NCBI RefSeq assembly: GCF_048268305.1 | Contig: NZ_JBLWVT010000001.1 | Location: forward strand, 160,046-224,045 | DNA length: 64,000 bases | Direction of reading: 5' to 3' | Source: Pseudodonghicola sp. | GTDB lineage: Bacteria; Pseudomonadota; Alphaproteobacteria; Rhodobacterales; Rhodobacteraceae | Shown: piece after piece, positions 1 to 10,609 of the stretch | Numbering within the stretch: the stretch's first letter is position 1 | Layout: every line of letters starts with the position of its first letter | Position numbers and translations under genes: made by a program | The notes under the pieces: model-generated | Told to the model about the DNA's origin: nothing | What the model saw: only the letters and a program-made list of their open reading frames with translations | The model's database searches: none

Positions 1-644
1 GTGCGCACCTGCCGCTTTTCGCCCGAAGGCGCGGTCAGCTTCCAGACGTTGCCGCTGGACTGGTTGGAATAGTGCAGCAGCTTGTGTTCGTTCAGATCAT
101 CGATCTTCTGCGGCCGGCCGTATTTCTGGATATACTCGGGGCTCGCGATCAGCCGCTTGGTGGTTTCGGTCAGCTTGCGGGCGCGCAGGGTGCTGTCCTC
201 AAGCTCGCCGATCCGGACCGCCATGTCGAACCCTTCCGAGATCAGTTCGACATAGCGGTTGTTCAGCACCATGTTGACGGTGATGTCGGGAAAATCGGCC
301 AGGAAGTCGGACAGGATCGGCGACAGCAGGTTGACCCCGAAATCGGTGGCGACGGAAATCCTGAGCAGACCCGAGGGCGCCGATTGCATCGAGGTGACCA
401 GCGCGTCGGCCTCTCCGGCGTCGTTCAGCACCCGGCGGGCGCGATCGTAATAGGCCAGGCCGATTTCGGTGGGGCTGACCCGGCGGGTGGTGCGGTTCAG
501 CAGCCGCGCCCCCAGCCGTGCCTCAAGGCTCGACACATGCTTGGACACGGCGGATTTCGAAATCCCCATCTTCTTGGCCGCATCGGTGAAGCCACCTTGA
601 TCCACCACATTGGCGAAGGCTTCCATTTCGGTCAGTCGGTCCAT
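1..644 (-). CDS. LysR-family transcriptional regulator (partial; C-terminus lies beyond the window edge)
   Basis: Not in the ORF track because it runs off the edge. My translation of the minus strand from the ATG at 644 reads MDRLTEMEAFANVVDQGGFTDAAKKMGISKSAVSKHVSSLEARLGARLLNRTTRRVSPTEIGLAYYDRARRVL... This is a typical LTTR winged-HTH followed by a co-inducer domain, open to position 1. Confidence 0.85.
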   Translation of the reverse strand, partial: MDRLTEMEAFANVVDQGGFTDAAKKMGISKSAVSKHVSSLEARLGARLLNRTTRRVSPTEIGLAYYDRARRVLNDAGEADALVTSMQSAPSGLLRISVATDFGVNLLSPILSDFLADFPDITVNMVLNNRYVELISEGFDMAVRIGELEDSTLRARKLTETTKRLIASPEYIQKYGRPQKIDDLNEHKLLHYSNQSSGNVWKLTAPSGEKRQVR

Positions 645-772
645 GCCGTCATCCTCGGTTTCTTGTCTTTCAACCGCTTATCGGGGTCAATCTGGGCAAG
701 AACGGGGCAGGGATGGGATATTCTCGGGAATTTGGCAGGTATCGTGTATAAGTCGGAAACGACGATTGTGGC

Positions 773-1480
773 TCAGCCCCGGGGCTCGGGGCGGGGGAAG
801 GTCTGCGTGAAGGCCTGGGCAAAGGCCATCTCGCCCTGGCGCGTGAAGATGACCGCGCGACTGTCTTTGGCGCGTCGGGCCCAGCCATTGGCGATGAATT
901 GCGTCAGCAGCGCACGGCCGAGTTGCCCGGCCAGATGCGATTGCCGGGCGCTCCAGTCCAGACATTCACGGCAAAGCGGCGCGCGGCTGCGGGGCAGGGC
1001 GGCGAGATCGACACCCAGACCCGCGACAAAGCCTCGCCCCGAGTCGGTCAGCGCCAGTTTCTCGTCCTCTCCGGTCACAAACCCGCGGGCGCGCAGGGCG
1101 TGGTACATCTGCACCCCCATCTCGCCGGCAAGGTGGTTGTAACAGACCCGGGCGCGGCGCAGCGCGTCGTCTTTCGGGCCGGTGCGGGTACGCAGGTGGC
1201 CATGGCCGGCAGCGAGCCCCATCAGCGCCTCGAGCACCTTGGCGACCTCATCGTCCGAGAGGGTGAAATAGCGGTGGCGGCCTGATTTGCGCTGGGCGAT
1301 CAGCCCACCCTCTTCAAGCTTGCGCAGGTGCGACGAGGCAGTGGGCAGGCCGACGCCCGCCTCGGCCGCCAGTTCGCTGGCGGTCAGGGCCTTGCCGCTC
1401 ATCAGCGCGGTGAGGATGTTGGCGCGGGCCGGATCACCGATCAGCGCGGCGACGCGGGCGATGTCTGGACCTTCTTTCAT
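773..1480 (-). CDS. ArsR/SmtB-family HTH transcriptional regulator with C-terminal extension
   Basis: 235-aa ORF with ATG start. The N-terminus ALIGDPARANILTALMSGKALTASELAAEAGVGLPTASSHLRKLEEGGLI matches the ArsR-type wHTH pattern. Confidence 0.8.
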   Translation of the reverse strand: MKEGPDIARVAALIGDPARANILTALMSGKALTASELAAEAGVGLPTASSHLRKLEEGGLIAQRKSGRHRYFTLSDDEVAKVLEALMGLAAGHGHLRTRTGPKDDALRRARVCYNHLAGEMGVQMYHALRARGFVTGEDEKLALTDSGRGFVAGLGVDLAALPRSRAPLCRECLDWSARQSHLAGQLGRALLTQFIANGWARRAKDSRAVIFTRQGEMAFAQAFTQTFPRPEPRG

Positions 1481-1553
1481 GCTTCGATCATGGGCGAAGC
1501 ATAAGCGCGGTGCAAGCGGTTAGAAGGGGGCATTCAGACCAAGGAGAAAGCCC

Positions 1554-1871
1554 ATGCTGACCTGCGTGATCCGTTATCAGATCGACCCGACCAAACACGA
1601 CCAGTTTCGCCAGTACGCCCGCACCTGGGGGCAGGCGATCCCGCGCAATGGCGCCGACCTGATCGGCTATTTCGCGCCGCATGAAGGATCGAGCACGCTG
1701 GCCTATGGCATTTACAACATCGAGAGCCTGGCGGCCTATGAGGCCTATCGCGCCCGGCTGGCCGCCGATCCGCTGGGTCGGGAGAATTATCTTTTCGCCC
1801 AGAAGGAACGCTTCATCTTGCGCGAGGACCGATGCTTCCTGAAACTCGCCTCGGGAGGACCGGCAACATGA
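1554..1871 (+). CDS. NIPSNAP-family protein
   Basis: 105-aa ORF with AAGGAG RBS 8 nt upstream of the ATG. Small alpha/beta protein; CVIRYQIDPTKHDQFRQYARTW...ESLAAYEAYRARLAADP resembles the NIPSNAP/dimeric alpha-beta barrel family. Confidence 0.65.
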   Translation: MLTCVIRYQIDPTKHDQFRQYARTWGQAIPRNGADLIGYFAPHEGSSTLAYGIYNIESLAAYEAYRARLAADPLGRENYLFAQKERFILREDRCFLKLASGGPAT

Positions 1872-2215
1872 TCGCAGTGATTTTCGAGGTGGAACCGATG
1901 GAGGGCCGCGCCCCGGCCTATCTGGATATCGCGGCCGAGATGCGGCCTCTGGCCGAGGCGATCGAGGGCTTCATCTCGGTCGAGCGGTTCGAAAGCCTGA
2001 CCCAGCCCGGCAAGCTTCTGTCGCTGTCCTTCTGGGAAGATGAGGCGGCGGTGGAGCGCTGGCGGGCGCTTGCGGCACATCGCGCGGCGCAGGCGAAGGG
2101 ACGGGGCGGGTTGTTTCGCGACTATCGGTTGCGGGTCGCCCATGTGCTGCGCGATTACGGCATGACCGAGCGGGCAGAGGCCCCCGCGGACAGCCGCGCG
2201 GCGCATGGGGAATAG
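1868..2215 (+). CDS. Antibiotic-biosynthesis-monooxygenase (ABM) family protein
   Basis: The internal ATG at 1868 overlaps the upstream stop (ATGA). MIAVIFEVEPMEG...ISVERFESLTQPGKLLSLSFWEDEAAVERWRALAAHRAAQ fits the ABM ferredoxin-like fold pattern. The track ORF starts earlier (1832), but the coupled ATG is more plausible. Confidence 0.7.
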   Translation: MIAVIFEVEPMEGRAPAYLDIAAEMRPLAEAIEGFISVERFESLTQPGKLLSLSFWEDEAAVERWRALAAHRAAQAKGRGGLFRDYRLRVAHVLRDYGMTERAEAPADSRAAHGE

Positions 2216-2294
2216 GGGGCTCTGCCCCCACGGCCTGCGGCCGTTCCCCCGGGATATTTGCAGCTAGAAAAAGGGGGGTGAGCGGCGCCCGGAA
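2216..2294 (+). repeat. Dispersed intergenic repeat, copy A (GC hairpin + CCCCCGGGATATTTGCAGCTAGAAAAAGGGG module)
   Basis: GGGGGCTCTGCCCCC hairpin followed by GGGATATTTGCAGCTAGAAAAAGG. Near-identical copy at 20899-20980; shorter relatives at 5503-5552, 13071-13119 and 48052-48124 (inverted). Confidence 0.85.
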
Positions 2295-2436
2295 AACAGT
2301 CCAGTGGACTGTTTTCAGCCGCGAACGGGCGTAGCCCCGGGAAGGCGCAGGGACAAACAGTCCAGTGGACTGTTTTCAGCCGCGAACGGGCGTAGCCCCG
2401 GAAGGCGCAGGGACAAACGGTCCACTGGACGGTTCG
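2295..2436 (+). repeat. Tandem direct repeat (61 bp + 60 bp + degenerate partial third unit), each unit starting with a 19-nt palindrome
   Basis: The unit AACAGTCCAGTGGACTGTTTTCAGCCGCGAACGGGCGTAGCCCCGG(G)AAGGCGCAGGGACA occurs at 2295-2355 and 2356-2415. A degenerate AACGGTCCACTGGACGGTT lies at 2416-2434. One full unit plus a degenerate start recurs at 20981-21058. Confidence 0.9.
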
Positions 2437-2440
2437 GCGG

Positions 2441-2467
2441 GGAAACTCTCCCCCCGGGAGAGTTTCC
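2441..2467. repeat. Perfect 12-bp-stem hairpin (GGAAACTCTCCC ccc GGGAGAGTTTCC)
   Basis: Read directly from the sequence. It lies between the convergent stops of the ABM gene (2215) and fadH (2574). No adjacent T-tract, so a terminator function is uncertain. Confidence 0.6.
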
Positions 2468-2573
2468 TGATCCGCCGCACTCAGCCGCGACCGGGCGGAG
2501 TCCCGGGGAGGCTCCCAGGCCACGGCGATGGCCAGGGAGGGCCGCGCCTCGACCGGTTTTTGCCTCGCGCGGA

Positions 2574-4610
<2,037 letters not shown>

Positions 4611-4729
4611 TTAGCTGGCGGCAGAATTGCCGCATTCGGGATATCTGTCACGCCTGAACCCTGCGTCAGCGGCTTGCGCCCGGCGATGCAGGCGCTAGAC
4701 AGAGGGGGCCCAGCGAAAGGAACCGCGTC

Positions 4730-5215
4730 ATGACCCCTGAAGAGATCGCCAAGCTGCCCTATCGCCACTGCGTCGGCGTCATGCTGCTGAACGCCGAGGG
4801 GAATGTTTTCGTCGGCCAGCGCAATGACCGCAATGAGGATGCCTGGCAGATGCCGCAGGGGGGCGTCGACAAGGGCGAAGCGCCGCGCGATGCTGCCCTG
4901 CGCGAGCTTTGGGAAGAGACCGGGGTGACCGCCGATCTGGTGGAGATCGTGGCGGAGACCGCCTCCTGGCTGCCCTATGATCTGCCGCATGATCTGGTGC
5001 CGCATATCTGGAAGGGCCGTTATCGCGGGCAGGAGCAGAAATGGTTCCTGATGCGCTTCCTCGGGACTGACGATCAGGTGAATATCGAAACCGAACACCC
5101 GGAATTCAGCACCTGGCGCTGGCAGGAGCCGGAGCATCTGGTCGATCGCATCGTGCCGTTCAAGCGCGCGGTCTATGAGCGGGTGGTCGCCGAGTTCGCG
5201 CCCTATCTGCGCTGA
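4730..5215 (+). CDS. rppH: RNA pyrophosphohydrolase (Nudix)
   Basis: 161 aa. Nudix box [23 protein letters not shown], and the N-terminus [13 protein letters not shown] is typical of RppH/NudH. Confidence 0.9.
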   Translation: MTPEEIAKLPYRHCVGVMLLNAEGNVFVGQRNDRNEDAWQMPQGGVDKGEAPRDAALRELWEETGVTADLVEIVAETASWLPYDLPHDLVPHIWKGRYRGQEQKWFLMRFLGTDDQVNIETEHPEFSTWRWQEPEHLVDRIVPFKRAVYERVVAEFAPYLR

Positions 5216-5282
5216 TCGCCCTTTGCGCGCCCCGGGGCTGGCGTTACCTTCGGCGATGACCCAGTCCCGAAGGGAGGCCCCG

Positions 5283-5477
5283 ATGCGTCTCTGCCTTGTC
5301 CTGATGATCCCCGCGTTTTGTCTGGCGGCCTGCACCGGCTGCGAGCCGGCGCGGCCGGACGTGACCGTTGGTGTCGGCGTGGGCACCAGCGGGACGCATT
5401 CCGATCTGTCTGTCGGTCAAAGCTGCGGCCCGATGCATGTGCGGGTCGGCACCGGTGGCATGGGGCTGGCGCTTTAG
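5283..5477 (+). CDS. Small putative lipoprotein (64 aa)
   Basis: Internal ATG at 5283 preceded by GAAGGGAGG. MRLCLVLMIPAFCLAAC has a signal peptide with lipobox L-A-A-C. Gly/Val-rich mature part. No family recognised. Confidence 0.5.
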   Translation: MRLCLVLMIPAFCLAACTGCEPARPDVTVGVGVGTSGTHSDLSVGQSCGPMHVRVGTGGMGLAL

Positions 5478-5502
5478 GCGGGCGTTGCACGGAGGTCGCG
5501 TG

Positions 5503-5552
5503 CGGGAGCCTCCGGCGGGGATATTTTGAGCTAGAAAAAGACCGGGGGCCGG
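5503..5552 (+). repeat. Dispersed intergenic repeat, copy B
   Basis: ...CGGCGGGGATATTTTGAGCTAGAAAAAGACCGGGGGCCGGCC, between convergent stops at 5477 and 5586. Confidence 0.7.
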
Positions 5553-5585
5553 CCGCCAGCCTGTCGCGGGGCGGCGGCGCCGGGA

Positions 5586-6185
5586 TCAGCCTTCGAAGAT
5601 CGGTATCCGGGGCGCGGCGTCGCGCGGCAATTCGCCGGTCAGTCGCGGGTCCGGCGTGATCTCGATCTGCTGCCGGGTGGGGGTGAAGCCGCTGCGCAGA
5701 TAGAAGCTCAGCGCGGCGGGGCTGTCGAGCGTGCAGGTATGGACGTGGAACCGGGCGATCGGTCGGGCCCAGGCGCGGGCGATGGCCTGGTTCATCAGCA
5801 GCCGCCCGGCGCCCGAGCCGATCAGCGCGTCGGTCAGGCCGAAGAAGGCCAGTTCGCATTCGCCCTCGTGCCGGAAGTCGAGTTCCAAGAGCCCCTCGGC
5901 GCGGCCATCCTTTTCCAGCGCCCAGATCTCGACATCGGGGTCGGTCAGGATGGCAACCAGTTCCGCCGTCTCCATCCGCAGGCGCGAGAACCACAGCCAA
6001 TCGGCCCCGACCCGGGTGTAGAGGTCGCGGTACCAGTCGACTCCCGGGATTTCGATCCGGCGCAGGATGAGACCCTCGGGCAGGGGGACCGGGCGTTCGG
6101 CGGCGGGGGCGCGCATCTCAAGATGCGTCACCACCGTGGTCAGCATGCCCGGGGGCACCTCGTGGAAACCCGCCGCCAGAGCCAT
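5586..6185 (-). CDS. GNAT-family N-acetyltransferase
   Basis: 199 aa. The C-terminal half ELAFFGLTDALIGSGAGRLLMNQAIARAW...FHVHTCTLDSPAALSFYLRSGF matches the GNAT acetyl-CoA binding motif region. Its start overlaps the upstream stop by 1 nt (TGATG). Confidence 0.8.
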   Translation of the reverse strand: MALAAGFHEVPPGMLTTVVTHLEMRAPAAERPVPLPEGLILRRIEIPGVDWYRDLYTRVGADWLWFSRLRMETAELVAILTDPDVEIWALEKDGRAEGLLELDFRHEGECELAFFGLTDALIGSGAGRLLMNQAIARAWARPIARFHVHTCTLDSPAALSFYLRSGFTPTRQQIEITPDPRLTGELPRDAAPRIPIFEG

Positions 6186-7174
6186 CAGAGCAGGCCCGCG
6201 TCTTTCAGCAGCGCCGAAACATCGGCCTCGGGCCGCGGCCCGATATGGCTGATCACCTCGCGGGCGCAGATATTGCCGATCCTGGCGCAGGTCTCCAGAT
6301 CGCGACCGGTCGCCAGGCCATAGAGGAAGCCCGCGGCGAACTGGTCGCCGGCGCCGGTGGCATCCACGGGGGTGATCTTTTCGACCGGGATATCGGTGCG
6401 GACCGTGCCCTCCATCACCGTCACCCCGTCGCCGGAGCGGGTGCAGACGACCAGCGGGCAGAGCGCCGCGGTCATCATCAGCGCGTCGTCCAGGTGATCG
6501 GTCTGGAACAGCGACTGGATCTCGGCCTCGTTGCCGATCACGAAATCCATCTGATGTTCGATCAGCGACAGGAAATCGCTGCGATGCCGGTCGACGCAGA
6601 AGGGATCGGAGATGGCGATGCCGATCTTGCCGCCGCCCTTGTGGCAGTCTTGCGCCGCTTGCAGAAAGGCCTCTTTTCCCTTGTCCTTGTCGAAGAGATA
6701 GCCTTCGAGGAACATCAGCTGCGCCTGGCCCGCGACCTCCGCGGGCACGTCGTCCGAGCTGAGTTCCGAGGAAATCCCCAGATAGGTGTTCATCGAGCGT
6801 TCGCCATCGGGCGAGACGAAGATCATCGAGCGCGAGGTCGGCAGGTCGCCTTCCGCCACTGGCGGGTTGACGAAATCGACGCCCTGATCGGTCATTGCCT
6901 CGGCATAGAACCGGCCCAGCGCATCGTCGCGCACCCGGCCGATGAAGGCGGTCTTCAGCCCCAGCGCACCGGCGCCGGCGATGGTATTGGCGACCGATCC
7001 ACCGGGCGTCTGCAGCCGGTTGGTCATCGCGCCATAAAGCAGTTCGGCGCGGTCGCGCTCGACCAACTGCATGATGCTCTTCTCGATGCCCATGTGGTCG
7101 AGAAAACTGTCGTCGGCCTGGCTGATCACGTCGACGATGGCATTACCGATGCCGACGAGCTGATAGGTGGTCAT
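6185..7174 (-). CDS. PfkB-family kinase, adenosine-kinase-like
   Basis: 329 aa. GIGNAIVDV N-terminal motif and PfkB signature VDATGAGDQFAAGFLYG. ATGA overlap with the nth stop. Confidence 0.85.
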   Translation of the reverse strand: MTTYQLVGIGNAIVDVISQADDSFLDHMGIEKSIMQLVERDRAELLYGAMTNRLQTPGGSVANTIAGAGALGLKTAFIGRVRDDALGRFYAEAMTDQGVDFVNPPVAEGDLPTSRSMIFVSPDGERSMNTYLGISSELSSDDVPAEVAGQAQLMFLEGYLFDKDKGKEAFLQAAQDCHKGGGKIGIAISDPFCVDRHRSDFLSLIEHQMDFVIGNEAEIQSLFQTDHLDDALMMTAALCPLVVCTRSGDGVTVMEGTVRTDIPVEKITPVDATGAGDQFAAGFLYGLATGRDLETCARIGNICAREVISHIGPRPEADVSALLKDAGLL

Positions 7175-7815
7175 AGGTTCTTGTCCTCGAATTGGCAGAG
7201 ATCGCGGATCAGGCAGGTGCCGCAGAGCGGTTTACGCGCCTTGCAGTGATAGCGACCGTGCAGGATCAGCCAGTGGTGGGAATGGAGCTGGAAATCCACC
7301 GGCACGTTGTCTTCGATGGCGCGTTCGACCGCCTCGACGGTCTTGCCGGGGCAGATGCCGGTGCGGTTGCCGACGCGGAAGATATGGGTGTCGACCGCCT
7401 GCGCCGGATAGTGCCACCACATGTTCAGCACCACATTGGCGGTCTTGCGCCCGACGCCGGGCAGCGATTGCAGCGCGGCGCGGGAATTGGGGACGATGCC
7501 GTCATAGTCCTCGACGAGGATCTTCGACAGCTTCATCACGTTCTTGGCCTTGTTGCGGTAAAGCCCGATGGTCTTGATATGCTCGATCAGCCGGTCTTCG
7601 CCCAATTCGAGCATCTTCTGCGGCGTGTCGGCGATCGGGAACAGGTGCCGCGTGGCCTTGTTCACCCCGGCATCGGTCGCCTGCGCCGACAGCGCCACGG
7701 CGACCAGCAGGGTATAGGCGTTGACATGCTCCAGCTCGCCCCTGGGTTCGGGCTCGCGGTCGTGAAACCGGGTGAAGATCTCGCGGATCGTATGATAATC
7801 GAGCTGTTGTGCCAT
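7171..7815 (-). CDS. nth: Endonuclease III (DNA glycosylase/AP lyase)
   Basis: Only the last 214 aa of the 500-aa track ORF are used, from the ATG at 7815: MAQQLDYHTIREIF... It has the HhH-GPD region LPGVGRKTANVVL and a C-terminal 4Fe-4S cluster loop CKARKPLCGTCLIRDLC. Confidence 0.92.
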   Translation of the reverse strand: MAQQLDYHTIREIFTRFHDREPEPRGELEHVNAYTLLVAVALSAQATDAGVNKATRHLFPIADTPQKMLELGEDRLIEHIKTIGLYRNKAKNVMKLSKILVEDYDGIVPNSRAALQSLPGVGRKTANVVLNMWWHYPAQAVDTHIFRVGNRTGICPGKTVEAVERAIEDNVPVDFQLHSHHWLILHGRYHCKARKPLCGTCLIRDLCQFEDKNL

Positions 7816-7890
7816 CCGGGACTTAATGCCGTGGGTCGCGGTATCGTGCAACGTGAAAGCGTGGCGGGCGGTTGTCGCTGTGGCGGCGCG

Positions 7891-8676
7891 ATGACACAGT
7901 TGCACCTGAAACCGACGATGGAGGCGCCGATGCTGATCGAGATCGGCCAGGGGTTGTTCTATGCCGAGGGCGGAGTTCGGTTCCTCGGCGCGCATCTGAT
8001 GACCCGGATGAGCGTGGTGGTACTGCCCGATGGTGGGGTGGCGGTGATCTCTCCGCTGTTGCCGTCGCCGCCGCTGATCGGGGCGCTGCGGGCGCTGGGG
8101 CCGGTGCGGCATCTGATGTCGCCCAACAAGATCCACAATCAGGGATTGCCGGGCATGGCCGCCGCCTTTCCCGAGGCGCAGATCTGGGCCTCGCCCGGCC
8201 TGATCGAGCGACGGCCGGGGTTGACCTATGCCGGCACGCTGGGGGATCGTCCGCGGCCAGACTGGGCGCCGGTGATGGACCAGCACCTGACCCGGGGCAA
8301 TCTGTTCTTTTCCGAGGTGGTGTTCTTCCATCGCGCCAGCAGGACGCTGATCGTTGCCGATCTGGTGGAGAATATCACCGAGGCCACGATAGGCGGGGGC
8401 TTTGCCCGGGCTGCCGCGCGGGCAGGTCATATCCTGGGGCGGCCGCTGCCGTCGCCCGAATTCCGCATGTATACCGATGACGCCGAGGCGGCCGCGGCGA
8501 GCCTTGATGCCATCGCCGCCTGGCGGTTCGAGCGGATCCTGATGGCACATGGGGAGATCATCACCGAGACCGCGCAAGAGACCTTTGCCGGGCTCAGGGA
8601 TTTCCTGGTCGAAGAGGTGCGCCGCCGCCCCGCCTGGCGCCGGTCGCTCTATCGTCATCTCGCCGCGCGGCAATAG
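7891..8676 (+). CDS. DUF4336-like (MBL-fold-related) protein
   Basis: ATG at 7891, in frame with track ORF 7192..8676. Divergent from nth. The pattern ...MSPNKIHNQGLPGMAAAFPEAQIWASPGL...FFHRASRTLIVADLVEN resembles the DUF4336 family as I recall it. The start is uncertain; a later Met is also possible. Confidence 0.6.
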   Translation: MTQLHLKPTMEAPMLIEIGQGLFYAEGGVRFLGAHLMTRMSVVVLPDGGVAVISPLLPSPPLIGALRALGPVRHLMSPNKIHNQGLPGMAAAFPEAQIWASPGLIERRPGLTYAGTLGDRPRPDWAPVMDQHLTRGNLFFSEVVFFHRASRTLIVADLVENITEATIGGGFARAAARAGHILGRPLPSPEFRMYTDDAEAAAASLDAIAAWRFERILMAHGEIITETAQETFAGLRDFLVEEVRRRPAWRRSLYRHLAARQ

Positions 8677-8685
8677 CGCAGCGGG

Positions 8686-9585
8686 TCATCGGGGCGGGGC
8701 TGCCAGCTCTCTGGCCAGGGCGATGGCGGCCTCTTCGGCCGGGGCGCTGTCGGGGCCGGCACCGAAGGCCGCCACCGTCACCCCCGGCGCGCCTTCGGGA
8801 AAGCTGCCGACGTAATTCGCCGCGAAGGGACCGCCGCCGGCATGTCCGATGGCGGCGCCCAGTCCGGGCGCTTCGCCCAGCATCAAGCCCATGCCATAGC
8901 CGATCGCGCTCCATGGCCGGCCGGGGACTGCCGGGGCCTGCATCGCCGGGGTGCGCATCAACGCCCGCATGTCGGGCGAGAGGATTTCTCCCTCAAGCAC
9001 CGCCTGCATCATCAGCGCCGCCTCGCGCGCCGTGCCGATCAGACAGCCATGATAGACCCAGCCGGGATGATAGCGCCGCGCCGCCGGCCAGGCCAGCGCC
9101 GCGAAATCGGCACGGGTTTCCGCCAGCCGGGCGGAGAGGCCGAGCGGTTGGCAGATCTCCTGCTGCAGCAGGGCGGCCAGCGGGGCGTTATGGGTCTGCT
9201 CCAGCACCTGCCGCAGCAGCAGGTAGCCGATGTTGGAATAGGCCCAGCGCGTGCCAGGCATATAGCGCAGGGTTCTGGCCCCGGCGCGCCGCATGAGCTC
9301 ATCGACCGGCCAGGGGTCTTCGTCTGCGGCCACCGCCATCTGATAGGCCGGCAGGCTGCCGTAATCGCCAAGCCCGGCGCGGTGTTGCAGAAGCTGGCGC
9401 AGGGTAAAGGGGCGGCCGGGCAGCGGCGCATCCAGATCGACGCGGCCCCGCTCGGCATCGCAGAGCATCAGGGCGGCAATCGCCGTCTTGGTCACGCTCC
9501 ACCAGGGGAAAAGCACCTCATCCGCAGTATCGTACAGGCTACGCCCCGCGGCATCCACTGCCGCCAGGAAGATCGTCATCGTCAT
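8686..9585 (-). CDS. Serine hydrolase, beta-lactamase/transpeptidase-like family
   Basis: S-x-x-K motif in WWSVTKTAIAAL, followed by YSNIGY (Y-x-N). The start is taken at MTMTIF (9585); the track ORF begins 19 codons earlier. Confidence 0.8.
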   Translation of the reverse strand: MTMTIFLAAVDAAGRSLYDTADEVLFPWWSVTKTAIAALMLCDAERGRVDLDAPLPGRPFTLRQLLQHRAGLGDYGSLPAYQMAVAADEDPWPVDELMRRAGARTLRYMPGTRWAYSNIGYLLLRQVLEQTHNAPLAALLQQEICQPLGLSARLAETRADFAALAWPAARRYHPGWVYHGCLIGTAREAALMMQAVLEGEILSPDMRALMRTPAMQAPAVPGRPWSAIGYGMGLMLGEAPGLGAAIGHAGGGPFAANYVGSFPEGAPGVTVAAFGAGPDSAPAEEAAIALARELAAPPR

Positions 9586-9700
9586 CTGTCCCCTTTGTTC
9601 CGACGACCAGCATATCCGATCCTGCGCGGCAATGCGCAACATTCGGGTCGCTTCCTGCCGCGTTCGACCCTACCTTTTTTGAGATTGGACAAGGAGTGGA

Positions 9701-10609
9701 ATGATGGGCATCCAGGCAACGGGCAACCTGACCGGCGAGGCGCGGGAGCAAAGCTATCATTTCAACGTGATGCGGCGGGCGATCGAGCTGATCGACGAGA
9801 ACCAGCAGGCCGGCGGCGAAGCCTTGTCCCTTGAGGATCTCGCCGCCCGCATGGGCATGAGCCCGGCGCATTTCCAGCGGCTGTTTTCGCGTTGGGTCGG
9901 GGTGTCGCCGAAGAAATATCAGCAATATCTGCGGCTCGGTCAGGCCAAGGCGCTGCTGCGCGATCGCTTCACCACGCTGGAGACCGCCCATGCGGTTGGG
10001 TTGTCGGGCGGCGGGCGGCTACATGATCTTTTCCTGCGATGGGAGGCGATGAGCCCCGGCGATTTCGCCCGTCACGGCGAGGGGCTGGTGATCCGCTGGG
10101 GCTGGTTCGACAGCCCCTTTGGTCCGGCGCTGGCGATGGGCACCGACAAGGGGCTGTGCGGTCTCGGCTTCGCGGCCGAGATCGGGGCCGAGGCGGCGAT
10201 GGCGGACATGCGCGGCCGCTGGCCGGGGGCGGAGTTCATCGAGGATGCCGCCCGGCTGCGCCCGCTGGTCGAGGCCGCCTTTGCCCAGAAGGGGGAAACC
10301 GCGCTGCACATGATCGGCTCGCCCCTGCAGATCAAGGTCTGGGAGGCGCTGCTGCGCATCCCCTCGGGCCATGTCACCACCTATTCCGAAATCGCCCAGT
10401 CGATCGGCGCCCCCCGGGCGGTGCGCGCAGTGGGGACGGCGGTGGGGCGCAACCCGGTCAGTTGGCTGATCCCCTGTCACCGGGCCCTGCGCAAATCCGG
10501 CGCGCTGGGCGGCTATCACTGGGGGCTGCCGGTCAAACGCGCCATGCTGGCCTATGAGGCCGCGCGGGAGGACGGCTGCGACGAGGGCCGGGTGCAAGCC
10601 GCCGGCTGA
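9701..10609 (+). CDS. AraC-type HTH fused to methylated-DNA-protein-cysteine methyltransferase (Ada-like, lacking the N-terminal Zn domain)
   Basis: 302 aa with AAGGAG RBS. AraC HTH (LEDLAARMGMSPAHFQRLFSRWVGVSPKKYQQYLRL) plus the Ogt active site LIPCHRALRKSGALGGY. Confidence 0.88.
   Translation: MMGIQATGNLTGEAREQSYHFNVMRRAIELIDENQQAGGEALSLEDLAARMGMSPAHFQRLFSRWVGVSPKKYQQYLRLGQAKALLRDRFTTLETAHAVGLSGGGRLHDLFLRWEAMSPGDFARHGEGLVIRWGWFDSPFGPALAMGTDKGLCGLGFAAEIGAEAAMADMRGRWPGAEFIEDAARLRPLVEAAFAQKGETALHMIGSPLQIKVWEALLRIPSGHVTTYSEIAQSIGAPRAVRAVGTAVGRNPVSWLIPCHRALRKSGALGGYHWGLPVKRAMLAYEAAREDGCDEGRVQAAG

Noticed and set aside
2295-2436. Possible CRISPR array suggested by repeated palindromic units
   Set aside because: The units are directly abutting (61/60-bp period) with no unique spacers. 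There are only about 2.3 units. No cas genes are in the window, and the same unit occurs singly at 20981.
7816-8673. N-terminal 286 codons of the 500-aa minus-strand ORF 7171..8673 (would give a giant Nth)
   Set aside because: Endonuclease III homology begins at the internal ATG at 7815 and gives the canonical length of about 214 aa. The upstream part is antisense to the DUF4336-like gene and is compositionally shadow-like.
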